Shown here one piece after another: positions 26,452 through 40,854 of a DNA stretch of 64,000 bases. The translations under genes and the position numbers were made by a program. The stretch is from NCBI GenBank assembly GCA_951406725.2, contig OX597836.1, positions 9,114,001 to 9,178,000 of the forward strand, written 5' to 3'. A model generated the notes under the pieces. It worked only from the letters and a program-made list of their open reading frames with translations. It ran no database searches and was not told the DNA's origin. Source of the DNA: Octopus vulgaris (taxonomy: Eukaryota). How positions within the stretch are numbered: position 1 is the first letter of the stretch; every line of letters begins with the position of its first letter.

Positions 26452-26812
26452 TGTGTGTGTGTGTTTGCATCGACCTACCTACCTATATATGTATAATGTA
26501 TGAAAATGGAGCTGTTTTGCGCATGTGTTTGCCTCGTGTTTTCGGTACGCATCACTGCTACATAATTATGCATTCTTTAGCGAACCTACTGACGAGCTAG
26601 AGATACCAAATTAATTTATTTGGTCATTAATAGCGGAACTCGAGTATAGGGTTAACTAATTTTTTATCCACTCCAGTGCCTATTAGCAGCACGCCTTAAA
26701 ATTCCTTTTTTCGTGGTGTGAGTTTAAGTGCCCTTTTTAGCATGTAAGAAGTCCTGTCAAGGGTCTTCTCTCCGTGTATAAATCTTTTTACACTCTCATA
26801 TATAATATATAT

Positions 26813-27176
26813 GAGGGGATGTCCTCTTGGGATTTAAAAAAATCGCAGTAAAGTCCTTTCGAACGGACTACGAACATTACTGGGCAGTACAACAACTGCG
26901 TTGATCTCTTAGAGAGATTTTAGGAGTAGCATTTTTGCTTGAAATCATATAGAGAGCAGAAGCGAGCTACTGCTATCATTAGCAGACGAGGTGTCCAGTA
27001 CTGAAGAGAGGCAGAAATAACCCGAAGCCAGAAGGTGGTAGGAATTCTCTCCCTTGCTCGCAATATCTTGGATGCAGCAGTGCATCGTTAACCAGCGAGA
27101 GGAGATGTCCTCTTGGGGTTAAAAAATCGCAGTAAAGTCCGTTTGAACGGACAGCCATGTTGAAGTGGCTACGAAC

Positions 27177-27180
<4 letters not shown>
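26813..27180 (+). mobile_element. Element with terminal direct repeats (~286-bp spacing) between AT tracts
   Basis: 26813-26879 matches 27099-27180. Internal CTGAAGA at 27001. Confidence 0.55.
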
Positions 27181-27272
<92 letters not shown>

Positions 27273-27285
27273 AACATACATATAG

Positions 27286-27316
<31 letters not shown>

Positions 27317-27749
27317 TACATACACACGCGAGATTGTGAATGTGTGTGTGTGTTGATACCTGCGTGTGTGTGTGTGTGTGTATTTATGCGTATGCTTGTG
27401 TTTGAATATATGACTATAAACATGTATACGTCTGTGTGTGCGTATGTGTTTGTATCTGTGTATGTATCCGTGTCTGCGTATGTATATGCGTGTACGTGTA
27501 TATGTATATATGTATGTGTGTGCGAATGTGTGCGTGTCCATACATATAAGTATGTATGTGTGTATGTACGTCTGCGGATATACCTGTAGACGTTTAGACG
27601 TTTGTGTGAGTATAATGTTATGTATATGCATCTATATGTGTGTGTGTGTGTGTGTGTGTTTAGTAAGAAGTCGCATCGGTTTACATGTTTCGCATTCCAC
27701 AATTCGGGCGTTTCCGTCATTCTCACCACTATAGTGTGATCACTACACG

Positions 27750-27781
<32 letters not shown>

Positions 27782-27919
27782 TGCACACGCATACACACAT
27801 GTACACACACATGTAAACATGTACAGAGGCATACACACACACACATACACACACACACACACACATATATATATACATACACACACATACATATATACAT
27901 GCATATGCATATATACATA

Positions 27920-28745
27920 TGCATATAGATTTATATAGATACACATATACACGCACATACATACACGCGCAAACACATGCATATGGACAAACATACACAT
28001 ACATGTACACGCACAGACATACATATGCCTACACACACATACGCATATATACACACACACACCATACACACACAGACATATATACACACACATACGCATA
28101 TACACACACACCATACACACACAGACATATATATACACACACAGGCATTTATATACACACACCATACACAGACATACAAATGCCTACACACACATACGCA
28201 TATATACACACACACGCCATACACACACAGACATATATACACACACACACACACATACATATGTCTACACACACACATACGCATATACACACATACACCA
28301 TACACACACACACACATATACACACACAGGCATATATATACACACACCATACACAGACATACATATGCCTACACACACATACGCATATATACACACACAC
28401 ACCATACACACACAGACATATATACACACACACACACATACATATGCCTACACACACATACGCATATATACACACACACACCATACACACACAGACATAT
28501 ATACACACACACACACACATACATATGTCTACACACACATATACGCATATACACACACACACCAACAAATATACACATGTGCATATTCACACATGCACAT
28601 GCATTCACACATACAAGCACACATATATACACACACATACGCACACTCATACATTTATACACACATGCATACTCACATATGCATATGCACATGCATACAA
28701 ATGCGAACACACACGTACATATATACACACATGCACACACACACA
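27920..28745. repeat. CA/TA-derived minisatellite with a higher-order unit
   Basis: Recurring CCATACACACACAGACATATATAC..ATGCCTACACACACATACGCATAT. Confidence 0.85.
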
Positions 28746-28842
28746 CATACGAGGGGGTACCGAAAAGCCCCTGGCTTTAGGTGTCCCGAAAAAGGCCTGG
28801 CTGGGGGCCCAACCATCGGAGTTCTTCTTTACAGAATTTATG

Positions 28843-29295
28843 TTTCTTTATTAGCTACACAGGGGACAAATTACAAAGTAGAGCTTTTCTTTTGGGGGAG
28901 AAAAAAAGAGAAGCAGATTTTCGATCAAAAGGGATCGTAAAAAAAGAAAAGAAAACATTTTTTAAACGGTTAATAGGGATCGTGTATCACAGAAATGTCA
29001 TGATATAAAGTGTAAAGGGGGAAACAGATAACGTTTATCCGTGGAAAGAAATGCCTACGGAAAAAACCACAGTAACCTCGGTCAATAATGTCACATGTTA
29101 ACACGTTTATTTCCAAGTAAGTAACTCTCTGTTTTAAATTTTTCCGGGTTCATAGGGTTATGTTCAAGGTAGCTTCGTTATTCATACGTGCCATCCTTGC
29201 TACATTCACCCATCTGTTTTTGAAACATTCAATAGACAAAACTTGCCTCTCTACTCTCACTTTCCTTTTCAAGTGATACTTAGAAAAACTGAAGG
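28843..29295 (-). mobile_element. L1/Tx1-like LINE 3' fragment, next to a truncated mariner MITE end (28750-28840)
   Basis: FSKYHLKRKVRVERQVLSIECFKNRWVNVARM. Homologous to 8406-8815. Confidence 0.65.
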
Positions 29296-29339
29296 ACTGC
29301 TGCAACAAGTGTGAATATGAGAGAGGAATATGTTGTATA

Positions 29340-29877
29340 AGTCGATTACATCGACCCAAAAATAACTCAAGTGGTATTTATTTTACCGACCCCGAAAGGA
29401 CGAAAGACTAAACTCAACCTCGTGGGAATTTGAACTCAAAACGTAGCGGCAGACGAAATACCTATTTCTTTACTAACCACAAGGGGCTAAACACAGAGGG
29501 GACGAACAAGGACAGACAAAGGGATCAAGTCGATTACATCGACCCCAGTGCGTAACTGGTACTTAATTTATCGACCCCGAAAGGATGAAAGGCAAAGTCG
29601 ACCTCGGCGGAATTTGAACTCAGAACGTAACGGCAGACGAAATACCTGTTTCTTTACTAACCACAAGGGGCTAAACACAGAGGAGACAAACAAGGACAGA
29701 CAAAGGGATTAAGTCGATTACATCGACCCCAGTGCGTAACTGGTACTTATTTAATCGACCCCGAAAGGATGAAAGGCAAAGTCGACCTCGGCGGAATGTG
29801 AACTCAGAACGTAACGGCAGACGAAATACAGCTACGCATTTCGCCCGGCGTGCTAACGTTTCTGCCAGCTCGCCGCC
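29340..29877 (-). mobile_element. SINE family A tandem multimer
   Basis: One head plus repeated ~184-bp body/tail units. Confidence 0.9.
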
Positions 29878-29945
29878 TTATACTGAAGAAGAAGAAGAAG
29901 AAGAAGAAGAAGAAGAAGAAGAAGAAGAAGAAGAAGAAGAAGAAG

Positions 29946-29979
<34 letters not shown>

Positions 29980-30680
29980 CGCGCGCGCACACACACACAC
30001 AGACACACACAGACACACACACGACCGGCTCCTTTCAGTTTCCCCTCGATCAAATGCACTCACAAGGCATTGGTCGACCCAGGTCTATATTAGCAGACAC
30101 TTGCCCAAGGTGCCACGCAGTGGGAACGAACCCAGAACCATGTGGCTGGGAACCAAACATCTCGCCATACAGTCATTGCCACAATACAAGGCGTTGCCGG
30201 CGATGACCTGATGTCGAAACGAGCACATTACATCCTGCTTGGAAAGACGTTTAAGTTTTGCAGAACGCTTTTGATTGGTTGGTAAGACGCAGCTTCGAGG
30301 GGGCCAGAAATAAGGGGCCCCCAAGCAGTCTTATCGAATATGTCTCGTCAGGCCTGGCCCGATAAAATGCCTACGCATCCTTTGTTATGTGGTGGCTGCG
30401 AGTAAACACTGAGGGAGAGCTGGCACTTTACAGCAGTTAATTACATCTTATTGTTTTATCTCTGAGTTGGATGCTTTCGTTGTTAAGTGTTACGGATTCG
30501 AAAACCTCCTTCAACAGAATTCAGGCAGCCATTGCTGCCGAACATCGTTTCAAATACAATGCGATGTCTAATGCATGCGTGCTACTGTGTACGTGTGTGT
30601 GCGTGTGTGCGTGTCTTGAGTACGTATGAGTGTTTGTGTGTCTGTGTGTATAAAGACAATATATATATGTGTATGTGTGC

Positions 30681-30718
<38 letters not shown>

Positions 30719-30719
30719 T

Positions 30720-31094
30720 CTTTACTCTTACTCTTTTTACTCCTTTACCTGTTTCAGTCATTTGACTGTGGCCATGCTGGAGCACCGCCTTTAGTCGAGC
30801 AAATCGACCCCAGGACGTATTCTTTGTAAGCCTAGTACTTATTCTATCGGTCACTTTTGTCGAACCGCTAAGTTACGGAGACGTAAACACACCAGCATCG
30901 GTTGTGAAGCGATGTTGGGGAGGGACAAACACAGGTACACAAACATATACACACACATACATATATATACATATATACGACAGGCTTCTTTCAGTTTCCG
31001 TCTACCAAATCCACTCACAATGCTTTGGTCGGCCCGAGGCTATAGTAGAAGACACTTATGCAAGGAGCCACGCAGTGGGAATGAACCCGGAACC

Positions 31095-31095
<1 letters not shown>
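30720..31095 (-). mobile_element. SINE family D (bipartite, internal microsatellite)
   Basis: Same layout as 38603, 58140 and 61774. Confidence 0.88.
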
Positions 31096-31125
<30 letters not shown>

Positions 31126-31234
31126 TATGCATACGTTTATGTGTGTGTGAGCCCGTAGTGTATATATGTATACATCCTCAAAGATATGCATGTACGTGCA
31201 TTCTTAAATGTATGCGTATGTATATATGTGTGTT

Positions 31235-31275
<41 letters not shown>

Positions 31276-31639
31276 AATTAGATTTATCAAATACAATCAA
31301 CTTAATGTAAGGAACGACGTATCGATGAAGTGGTCAGTGTTGGTCACTTTAAACACTTCAATACAACAAAGACAAGTTGACCTCCCGTGAGAGGACGGAA
31401 TACCTAACATATGGGGGCCCGAGGGCCTCAGTATCTCAGTCCTTATCCTTATCTCTACCCACTGAGAGAGTATGTCAAGGCATCTGTTGAGCCTCTTCCC
31501 ACTCAAACAAGCTACAGGCTTCATGGGTGGGTTTCCTTTTTTTTCTTTTTTTTCTTTTCGGAAAACGGATTTCTTTCGCTGTGTGAGTTGTTTCTTTCGT
31601 TCGATAGAATAACTAAAGATACAAGCAGGAGACTGAAGA

Positions 31640-32021
<382 letters not shown>

Positions 32022-32259
32022 TTCTACAATTATATTTTCAGAAGTTGGTATATCTCCCATGGGCCCTTCGAGCTGTCCAAATGACGATTCCTGGCAAAGT
32101 GCAACAACCAGACACCAAAAGTATTGCCTCTCTTCAGAGCTCCACTACAGCCCCAAGAAGATCTGAAATAACCTAACATTACCCGGGAAGATGCAGGCGA
32201 CTACACTGAAACCCGAGATTATTAGAGACGTCTTGCTGCCCAAAGTCCTGGCCGAAGCA

Positions 32260-32761
32260 TTTTTTCCCACGAGAGTTCCAGACCCCAGTAATGAACTCAT
32301 TTGCATACAGCCAATCGGAGCTCACCTTGACCTTGTTGTCAAGTTAACAAACACTCGAACCAAGTAAATTCAAGACGAAGAACGGTGTTGTAAGTCGACC
32401 GATCGCCAAGTTATGCCTGATTTTAGAAGGAGACAAGTTATTAGATAAATTTGGATCTATACCTATTGTCGGATTTTGTTAGGGCCCCATATTGTAAAGA
32501 TGTGGATGGGGAAAATGTGGGTAGAGGGTGATGTGCTTGAAGCCTTCTCCCAACTACGCAGAGGCAGCCATGATTGGAACAAGAACAAGAACAACAATCA
32601 TTCTTAAAAGAGAAAAGAAGCATGGACATTCCTGACCCAAGGGACCTTATCTTATCGCCCGTCACTTGTTAAGCGCTCATGAATTAGTTTGGTAGCTGAG
32701 CTCTGATTGGCTGTATGCAAATGAAATCATTATTGGGGTCCGGAACTCTCGTGGGAAAAAA
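32260..32761. repeat. ~65-bp inverted repeats around a ~370-bp spacer
   Basis: 32260-32324 is the reverse complement of 32697-32761. Each arm has an octamer and a CCAAT motif. Confidence 0.8.
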
Positions 32762-33114
32762 ATTCGCCTCCCTGCCAACAGTACGAGAGGAAACAAGACG
32801 AAGACCATGATCGACCTCAGTACTCATAGACAAGTCCGGTACTTATTTTATCGATCTCCCTCTAAGTGTTCTGCTTTGACAAAAGAGAGACACCTCACAT
32901 ATTTACGTTGGTTGACATGACGGTTCACACATGACGGACCATTTGAATTCTCCTCTCTTTCATCAATAAAACTACTGCATGAATTATTCCTAGTTTTGTG
33001 TCTATCTATGCTAAATCACTATGAAGTCTCAACCACCGGATTCACTTGGTTTTCTGCTAAATCATATTCTTTTACTTGTTTCAGTCATTTTGATCTCTAA
33101 TACCTTATACACCC

Positions 33115-33145
<31 letters not shown>

Positions 33146-33869
33146 TGCCTTCACTTCTTGGTCACGTTCCCTCCACTTTTCACTTCACTGTGTCCCTGTC
33201 ATTTTTTCTCGCCCCTCCTTAATACTTCTGTCCCTCTGCTTCTACCTCTCTCTCTTCTCTTCCCACGTGACCGGCATTCGACCAAGCCTGATCTTTCTTT
33301 CTTAGTCTGGCCGTTGTCCGTGCAACATCGATATTCCTCCCTGTGCCTTTGAAACCTTGTATCCCTGCCGTAAGGCTTCATTTCCACACACGCCAGCTTA
33401 ATTTAATTCGTCCTTAGTCGAAAGATACCTGTTGTTATGTCCAATTATTATTTTTATTGTATTTGTGTAACATTATCCGTTTTTTTTTTTCGTCTTTGTT
33501 TTTGTATACATTCGCCGCTTTCTTCCAAGGAATCTAATGCTCTTAGCTTAGTTTTTCCTTGGGGCTGGCCAGATCGGAGCAATCTCAAGTATAATCAGCC
33601 GAAATTGCGAAGATAATCTGGTACTGGACTGAGGAAAGAAAACTTCGAATGACCCGTCCTTGTTTTCTTTGCATCGTCTATCTGGATGTTTTGTTGTCCC
33701 ATTTTTGAATCATATAACTGTCCGGATGTTTTGCGTTCTTGTCCCATTTTGTACTTTTTATATATATATACATATATATATAGTTGAAATATAAACAAAC
33801 AAAAGAAGAAGACGGGTGTATAAACAACAAACAGATGTATTAGTTTTAATGCTTGGGAAGTGAGAAAGT

Positions 33870-33905
33870 CTTTTATATTTCGAGCCTACGCTCTTCAACA
33901 GAAAG
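33870..33905 (-). ncRNA. Hammerhead-like motif, A6U variant
   Basis: CTTT-CTGTTGA-A-GAGC-gtag-GCTC-GAAA-TA-TA^AAAG. Confidence 0.55.
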
Positions 33906-34034
33906 GAACACAGAAATAAACAGAGAAAAATTTTAAAAGGGTTTAGTGGCTAGCGATGCATCTATGTTTGTGTACGTGTATGTACTTTCCTGTGTGTACT
34001 TGTGTATACCGTTAAATAGTAAACTAAATGTCCC

Positions 34035-34077
<43 letters not shown>

Positions 34078-34417
34078 ACACAGTCGTCTAGAATTGAACG
34101 TGTGAATGAAAGGCAGACGTTTATCGGTCGTTGTTTATAAGAAACAGTGAAGACCTCGGCAAAGACCCGAGACAAAGAGAAATTAAGATGAGTAAATCGT
34201 TACTCATTTGTTCTTTCTCAGAAGTTCTTTTCTATGACCGTCTCCACTTCTTTTATTAGTTTAAAACAATACAGACACAGAAATGCGTACGTATATATTC
34301 ATACACACATACATACATACATACATACATACATACATACATACATACATACATACATACATACATACATACATTTATACATACATACATACATACATAC
34401 ATACATACATACATTTA

Positions 34418-34450
<33 letters not shown>

Positions 34451-34488
34451 GCATGTATACAAATATATATATACATATATATATGTAA

Positions 34489-34525
<37 letters not shown>

Positions 34526-35427
34526 AGTATATATATATATATATATATGTCTACGCATATGTGTATATAAGTATATATATATAAGTATATAATATATATA
34601 TGTATATGTATATGTGTGTGCGCGCGATGTGTACGTGTGTGTGCGTGTGAGTGTGTGTGTGTGTGTGTGCAAATACGCATATAAGGATATATATATATGT
34701 CTGTAATTATGTATACATACAGACTGACGTTTGCTCGTGTGTATACATATGTATATGGAAGAAAATACGTGTTTTCAGGTGCATATAATAGTGTATATAT
34801 GCTGGTGTGTATATGTCTATAGGGGTACATTATACGCATGTATCCGTATGTGTGTGTGTGTGTGTGTGTGTTAGCCTGTGTGTATGTATGTATGTGTAAG
34901 CGTCTGTGTCTGTATATGTGTGCATGTGTGCGCGTGTAAAATGAACAGAGATAGCCACCAATCGTGTTAACGCTGGAAATATGGTTCCTGTCGCCAGGAA
35001 TTAAATCAACCGGAAGTCGATCTTTAGTGTATAAAAATCAGTAAAGGTATGACTAAGCTGTTTAGCTGTATCGAAGCGATAATGGTAGTTAAAGAAATGA
35101 GAAATAGGTGGAAGAAATATAGTTGCTTTCCAATAACTGAAGATTATGTTACAGAATTGTAGCGCCGACGAATCGATAAACCGTCGTTATACCGATGGAA
35201 AGATCTTTACTTTTTCCCCTGCCTCTTGACGCCACACGATGTCTGTGACAAATATATCCATCTGTTAATGACTCAGTCCAGCTATAAGTAAATTGGTACA
35301 AAGCTAAGGTAAGTGGAAGCTGCGTGGCCAGGTGGTTCTGATAACGACGATAATGTCGTTGGTTCCATTCCTAGATCGGACAGCGCCAGTGCCATCTTAG
35401 CAACATTATAGGACCATTATAGGACTA

Positions 35428-35842
35428 GGCGGCGAGCTGGCAGAAACGTTAGCACGCCGGGCGAAATGCTTAGCGGTATTTCGTCAGCCGCTACGTTGTG
35501 AGTTCAAATTCTGCCGAGGTCGACTTTGCCTTTCATCCTTTCGGGGTCGATAAATTAAGTACCAGTTACGCACTGGGGTTGATATAATCGACTTAATACC
35601 TATGTCTGTCCTTGTTTGTCCCCTCTATGTTTAACCCCTTGTGGGTAATAAAGAAATAGGTATTTCGTCAGCCGCTACGTTCTGAGTTCAAATACCGCCG
35701 AGGTCGACTTTGCCTTTCATCCTTTCGGGGTCGATTAAATAAGTACCAGTTACGCACTGGGGTCGATATAATCGACTTAATCCCTTTGTCTGTCCTTGTT
35801 TGTCCTCTCTGTGTTTAGCCCCTTGTGGGTAGTAAAGAAATA
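35428..35842 (+). mobile_element. SINE family A dimer with a single TSD
   Basis: TSD ATTATAGGACTA at 35416-35427 and 35843-35854. Confidence 0.92.
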
Positions 35843-36152
35843 ATTATAGGACTATTTTCACAAGTCAGTGCACAGAGCCCTATGTTATTTATTTACAGCT
35901 AACCACATTGTGAATAGATTAGAATAGGACCCCTGGACCCGTGATACTCGGGGAAAATCAGTGCACTGAGGCCTATAGTATTTTCTATTGACAGTTAGCT
36001 ACTTCAAACAGGTCATAATTCGTCCCCGAGATCAGTGAGGTTCTGAAAGTGACCATGTTTTTTCTGAGACTTCTAGAGAACGCCTGTTGTGCCCTTACGT
36101 TGTTCCAATTTATTCAACTGAGAATTAGTACCAACCGAGGATTTATTGTAGT

Positions 36153-36207
<55 letters not shown>

Positions 36208-36318
36208 TCTCATTCTCTCTATCTGCTTATCTATCTGTCTGTCTATCTGTTTATACCTATCTATTTATATCTGTCTTTCTATAACAATCTATCCATTTAT
36301 CTATCTATCTAGTTATAT

Positions 36319-36768
36319 ATAATTATAATTAGGGTTCAGCTAACTGCTTCACCACATACCGAAATTAGAAATAGGGGTTAAAAATTCCTTTTCTGCTACT
36401 ATAAGAATCTCCCTGACGGTAAACATACTTTTTTTACGAAGGCAAAGAGAAAAACAATGAATCAACACGACCAGGATTAACTATATACGCGTTTCGAGAT
36501 TAAAGTAACTGAAATTTTACTTACTTCTCTCTGAAATTTGCTGAAATTATACTGAAGAGAGAAGTAAGTAAAATTTAAATTACTTTAATCTCGAAACGCG
36601 TATATAATTAATCCTGGTCGTGTTGATCCATTGTTTTTCTCTTTGCCTTCGTAAAAAAGTATGTTTACCGTCATGGAGATTCTTATAGTAGAAGAAAGGG
36701 AATTTTTAACTCCTATTTCTAATTTCGGTATGTGGTGAAGTAGTTAGCTGAACCCTAATTATAATTAT
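36319..36768. repeat. ~213-bp-arm palindrome with a ~23-bp spacer
   Basis: 36319-36532 is the reverse complement of 36556-36768, with scattered mismatches. Confidence 0.95.
36545..36609 (+). ncRNA. Type I hammerhead ribozyme, canonical core
   Basis: AATTATA-CTGAAGA-[GAGA..AAGTAA..TTACTT..TCTC]-GAAA-CGCG-TA^TATAATT. 7-bp stem I, GUA site. Confidence 0.88.
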
Positions 36769-36924
36769 GTGAATAATTTTACCTATAAAGGTTATTTTAA
36801 CTTACCGATCTACTTGGTGAAATTGTTGATTGATTGATTAATTAATTAATTAATTAAATTAATAAATGTTACCCTTCTATTATGTGTATGTAACATGCAT
36901 GCTACATACACATGTATGAATGTA

Positions 36925-37126
36925 CATTGAGATTCAACGTGACACACAATGCGACATGGCTGGCCCATGGAATTACAGGTACAACTCATTTTTGCCGGCT
37001 GAGTGGACTGGAGCAACATGAAATAAAGTGTCTTGCGCAAGGACACAAAACACCGATCGGAATTGAACTCATGATCGTAAGGTGTTCGGCACACGAATAC
37101 TCAAACCACTTAACCACACACCTTCA
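36925..37126 (-). mobile_element. CORE-type SINE (family C), diverged
   Basis: Reverse complement of the GTGAAGGCGCGTGG..CCTTGAGCAAGACACTT family. Confidence 0.75.
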
Positions 37127-37159
37127 CATGCAAAACATATATACAAGCAGTGGACAGAC

Positions 37160-37194
<35 letters not shown>

Positions 37195-37279
37195 TAGATA
37201 GATAGAAAGACAGATGGTTAGTTAGATAGAAACATACATACACACAAAGACACAAACGCACAGACACACACACACGCAC

Positions 37280-37320
<41 letters not shown>

Positions 37321-37697
37321 CACACACACACACACACACTAGCAAACGTAGTAAATATATATCTACATACATACACGTATGCAAACATATATATATATAT
37401 ATATACACATATACGTATACACTTACAAACATACAGACACACACGTACACGCACACACACACATGCACATATACATACACATACAAATGCACACACACAC
37501 ACACACAAGCACATATACATACACACACACGCACGCACACGCGCACACGCACACACACATGGAGATATACATACACGCGCGCGCGTGCGCACACACACAT
37601 GCTCATATACATACACACATGCACACACGCACATATGCACATATACATACACATACACGCACGCACACACGCACATGCACATATACATACACACATG

Positions 37698-37733
<36 letters not shown>

Positions 37734-38125
37734 GATAGATGGCAGTAGAATGGAGCGCGATTCCAATTATCTGAAATGAAATCTTGCCCTGTTTCTCGAA
37801 ACTCAGAACCTTCACCCAGACACCCCACCCCACCCCACCCCCAATCCACCCCCACCTCCCACACACCCCGGCACCACCACCACCACCACCACCACCACCA
37901 CCATCTCCACCACCTCCTCTGCTGTTATTAACCCACTACATTTCTAAACCTTCCTTGCACTTTTTTTTCCTCTTCGACACCAAACCGACCCGTCGCTCCT
38001 CCTCCCGACCCGCGCCACCCTTCCACTCTGGTCCCTAAAAATACCAGCAGTGTGTGTTTGTGTGTATGTGTGTGTGTGTGTGGAATGTTTGATACGATTT
38101 AATGGTATTTACATTGACGTCTTGG

Positions 38126-38158
<33 letters not shown>

Positions 38159-38216
38159 AATATAAAAAATAATTTTTTAAAAAAAACAGGAAAAAAAAAC
38201 AAAAAGAACTGTTGTC

Positions 38217-38294
38217 TGACGTCATCACGGACGTGTTGGGTGGGCGGGCGGCCGCCATCTGATAGGAAATCATTTACAAGGGTAACTATAAAAG
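38217..38294 (+). promoter_or_regulatory. Candidate Pol II promoter cluster
   Basis: CRE TGACGTCA at 38217, GC box at 38242, YY1-like GCCGCCATCT at 38251, TATAAAAG at 38287. Confidence 0.35.
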
Positions 38295-38462
38295 TGACAC
38301 CGAATCAACCACTTGTCCGGTGACGAATCGGGAAGAAAGGGAAAAAGGAAAGGAAAACTAAAAAAGAAAAAGAAAAAGGAATGAAACAAAATACAAATAA
38401 ACAAGTTAGATATTATATGTAACCTTTTGTTATTCTTATCGTAAACAGTTTTATAGTACCTC

Positions 38463-38519
<57 letters not shown>

Positions 38520-38530
38520 AGAGAGAGCTA

Positions 38531-38582
<52 letters not shown>

Positions 38583-38602
38583 ATGTATATGTATATATAT
38601 AT

Positions 38603-38816
38603 TTACTCTTTTACTTGTTTCAGTCATTTGACTGTGGCCATGCTGGAGCACCGCCTTTAGTAGAGAGCAAATCGACCCCCACGACTTATTCTTTGTAAGC
38701 CTAGTACTTTTAGAATTATCGGTCTCTTTTGCCGAACTACTAAGTTACGGGGACGTAAACACACCAGCATCGGTTGTCAAACGATGATGGGGGAACAAAC
38801 ACAGACACACAAACAT

Positions 38817-38849
<33 letters not shown>

Positions 38850-38998
38850 CATATGCGACAGGCTTCTTTCAATTTCCGTCAAACAAATCCACTCACAAGG
38901 CTATGGTCGGCCCGAGGTTATAGAAGACACTTGCCCAATGTGCCCGGAACCATGTGGTTGGTAAGCAAGCTACTTACCACACAGCCACTCCTACGCCT
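38603..38998 (-). mobile_element. SINE family D, full length
   Basis: Head, internal (CA)n, tail ending GTAAAAGAG. Confidence 0.88.
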
Positions 38999-39025
38999 AT
39001 ATATATATATATATTATTATTATTA

Positions 39026-39213
39026 TTAAAAAGCAGCAAAAACTGTTTCACGTTCCCGCTCGTCGGACGGTTTTGCTCAGAAACGAAACTGTCCGACGAA
39101 ACTCTTTACAGTTTTTGTGATATTTTTGCTGCCTTTTAATAAAGCATATTACTCTATCTCTGGTATTCGAGAACTATTTCTTCCACCTTGTTTCGCATTT
39201 ATGTGCTTACTCT

Positions 39214-39215
<2 letters not shown>
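39026..39215 (+). mobile_element. HHR-bearing fold-back element, decayed (family of 59188-59436)
   Basis: Shares AATAAAGCATATTACTCTA..CCACCTTGTTTC. CCGACGA core on both strands. Confidence 0.65.
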
Positions 39216-39265
<50 letters not shown>

Positions 39266-39269
<4 letters not shown>

Positions 39270-39751
39270 CTTGATCACCTTGACCGACCAGTCCGTCAGG
39301 CGTCCATTTGACACCGCTGGTCACAGCACGCTGTCCACTCCTCTCTGGATCGCGCCTTTCTCATCCACGTGATCCCAATTGACCTCCTGAAATCGTAACT
39401 CCACCGTCTTGGAGGTCTTCCGGGCGGTCTTTTCCGCTCGCGCGGGTACCACTCGACAACTGCGTGCGTCCACCGATTATCGGTGAGCCGGGCGACGTGT
39501 CCAGCCCATCTATACTTGCTGCGTGTATACTCTGCGATGACATCTCTCACGCCGGACTTCTTTCTGATGATCTCGCTACTTATGTGCTCTCTCAGCGAGA
39601 TACCAAGCATTGACCTTTCCATGGCTCTTTGAGCCGTTACCAGTCTTTGCTCTTCTCTCTTTGTGGTAGCCCATGTTTCACTACCATATAACATTGGAGG
39701 CAGAACTGCACTGTTAATGAGGTTGGCGCGGGTGGTCCTGTCCAACCTTCC

Positions 39752-39781
<30 letters not shown>
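39266..39781 (-). mobile_element. 5'-truncated RTE-clade LINE (ORF2 C-terminus, open frame 39296-39781)
   Basis: VLPPMLYGSETW..AQRAMERSMLG..KYRWAGHVARLTDNRWT..WYPRERKRPPGRPPRRW. Confidence 0.92.
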
Positions 39782-40768
<987 letters not shown>

Positions 40769-40854
40769 TCGTAGTATTCGCCGACCAAAGCCTTATGAGT
40801 GGATTTGGCAGGTGGAAACTGGAAGTCTGTCGTATATATACACACATATATATG

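Noticed and set aside
33145-33760. Element between AT tracts with CTGAGGA..CGAA
   Set aside because: Could not build HHR stems I and III. Left as an unclassified probable repeat.
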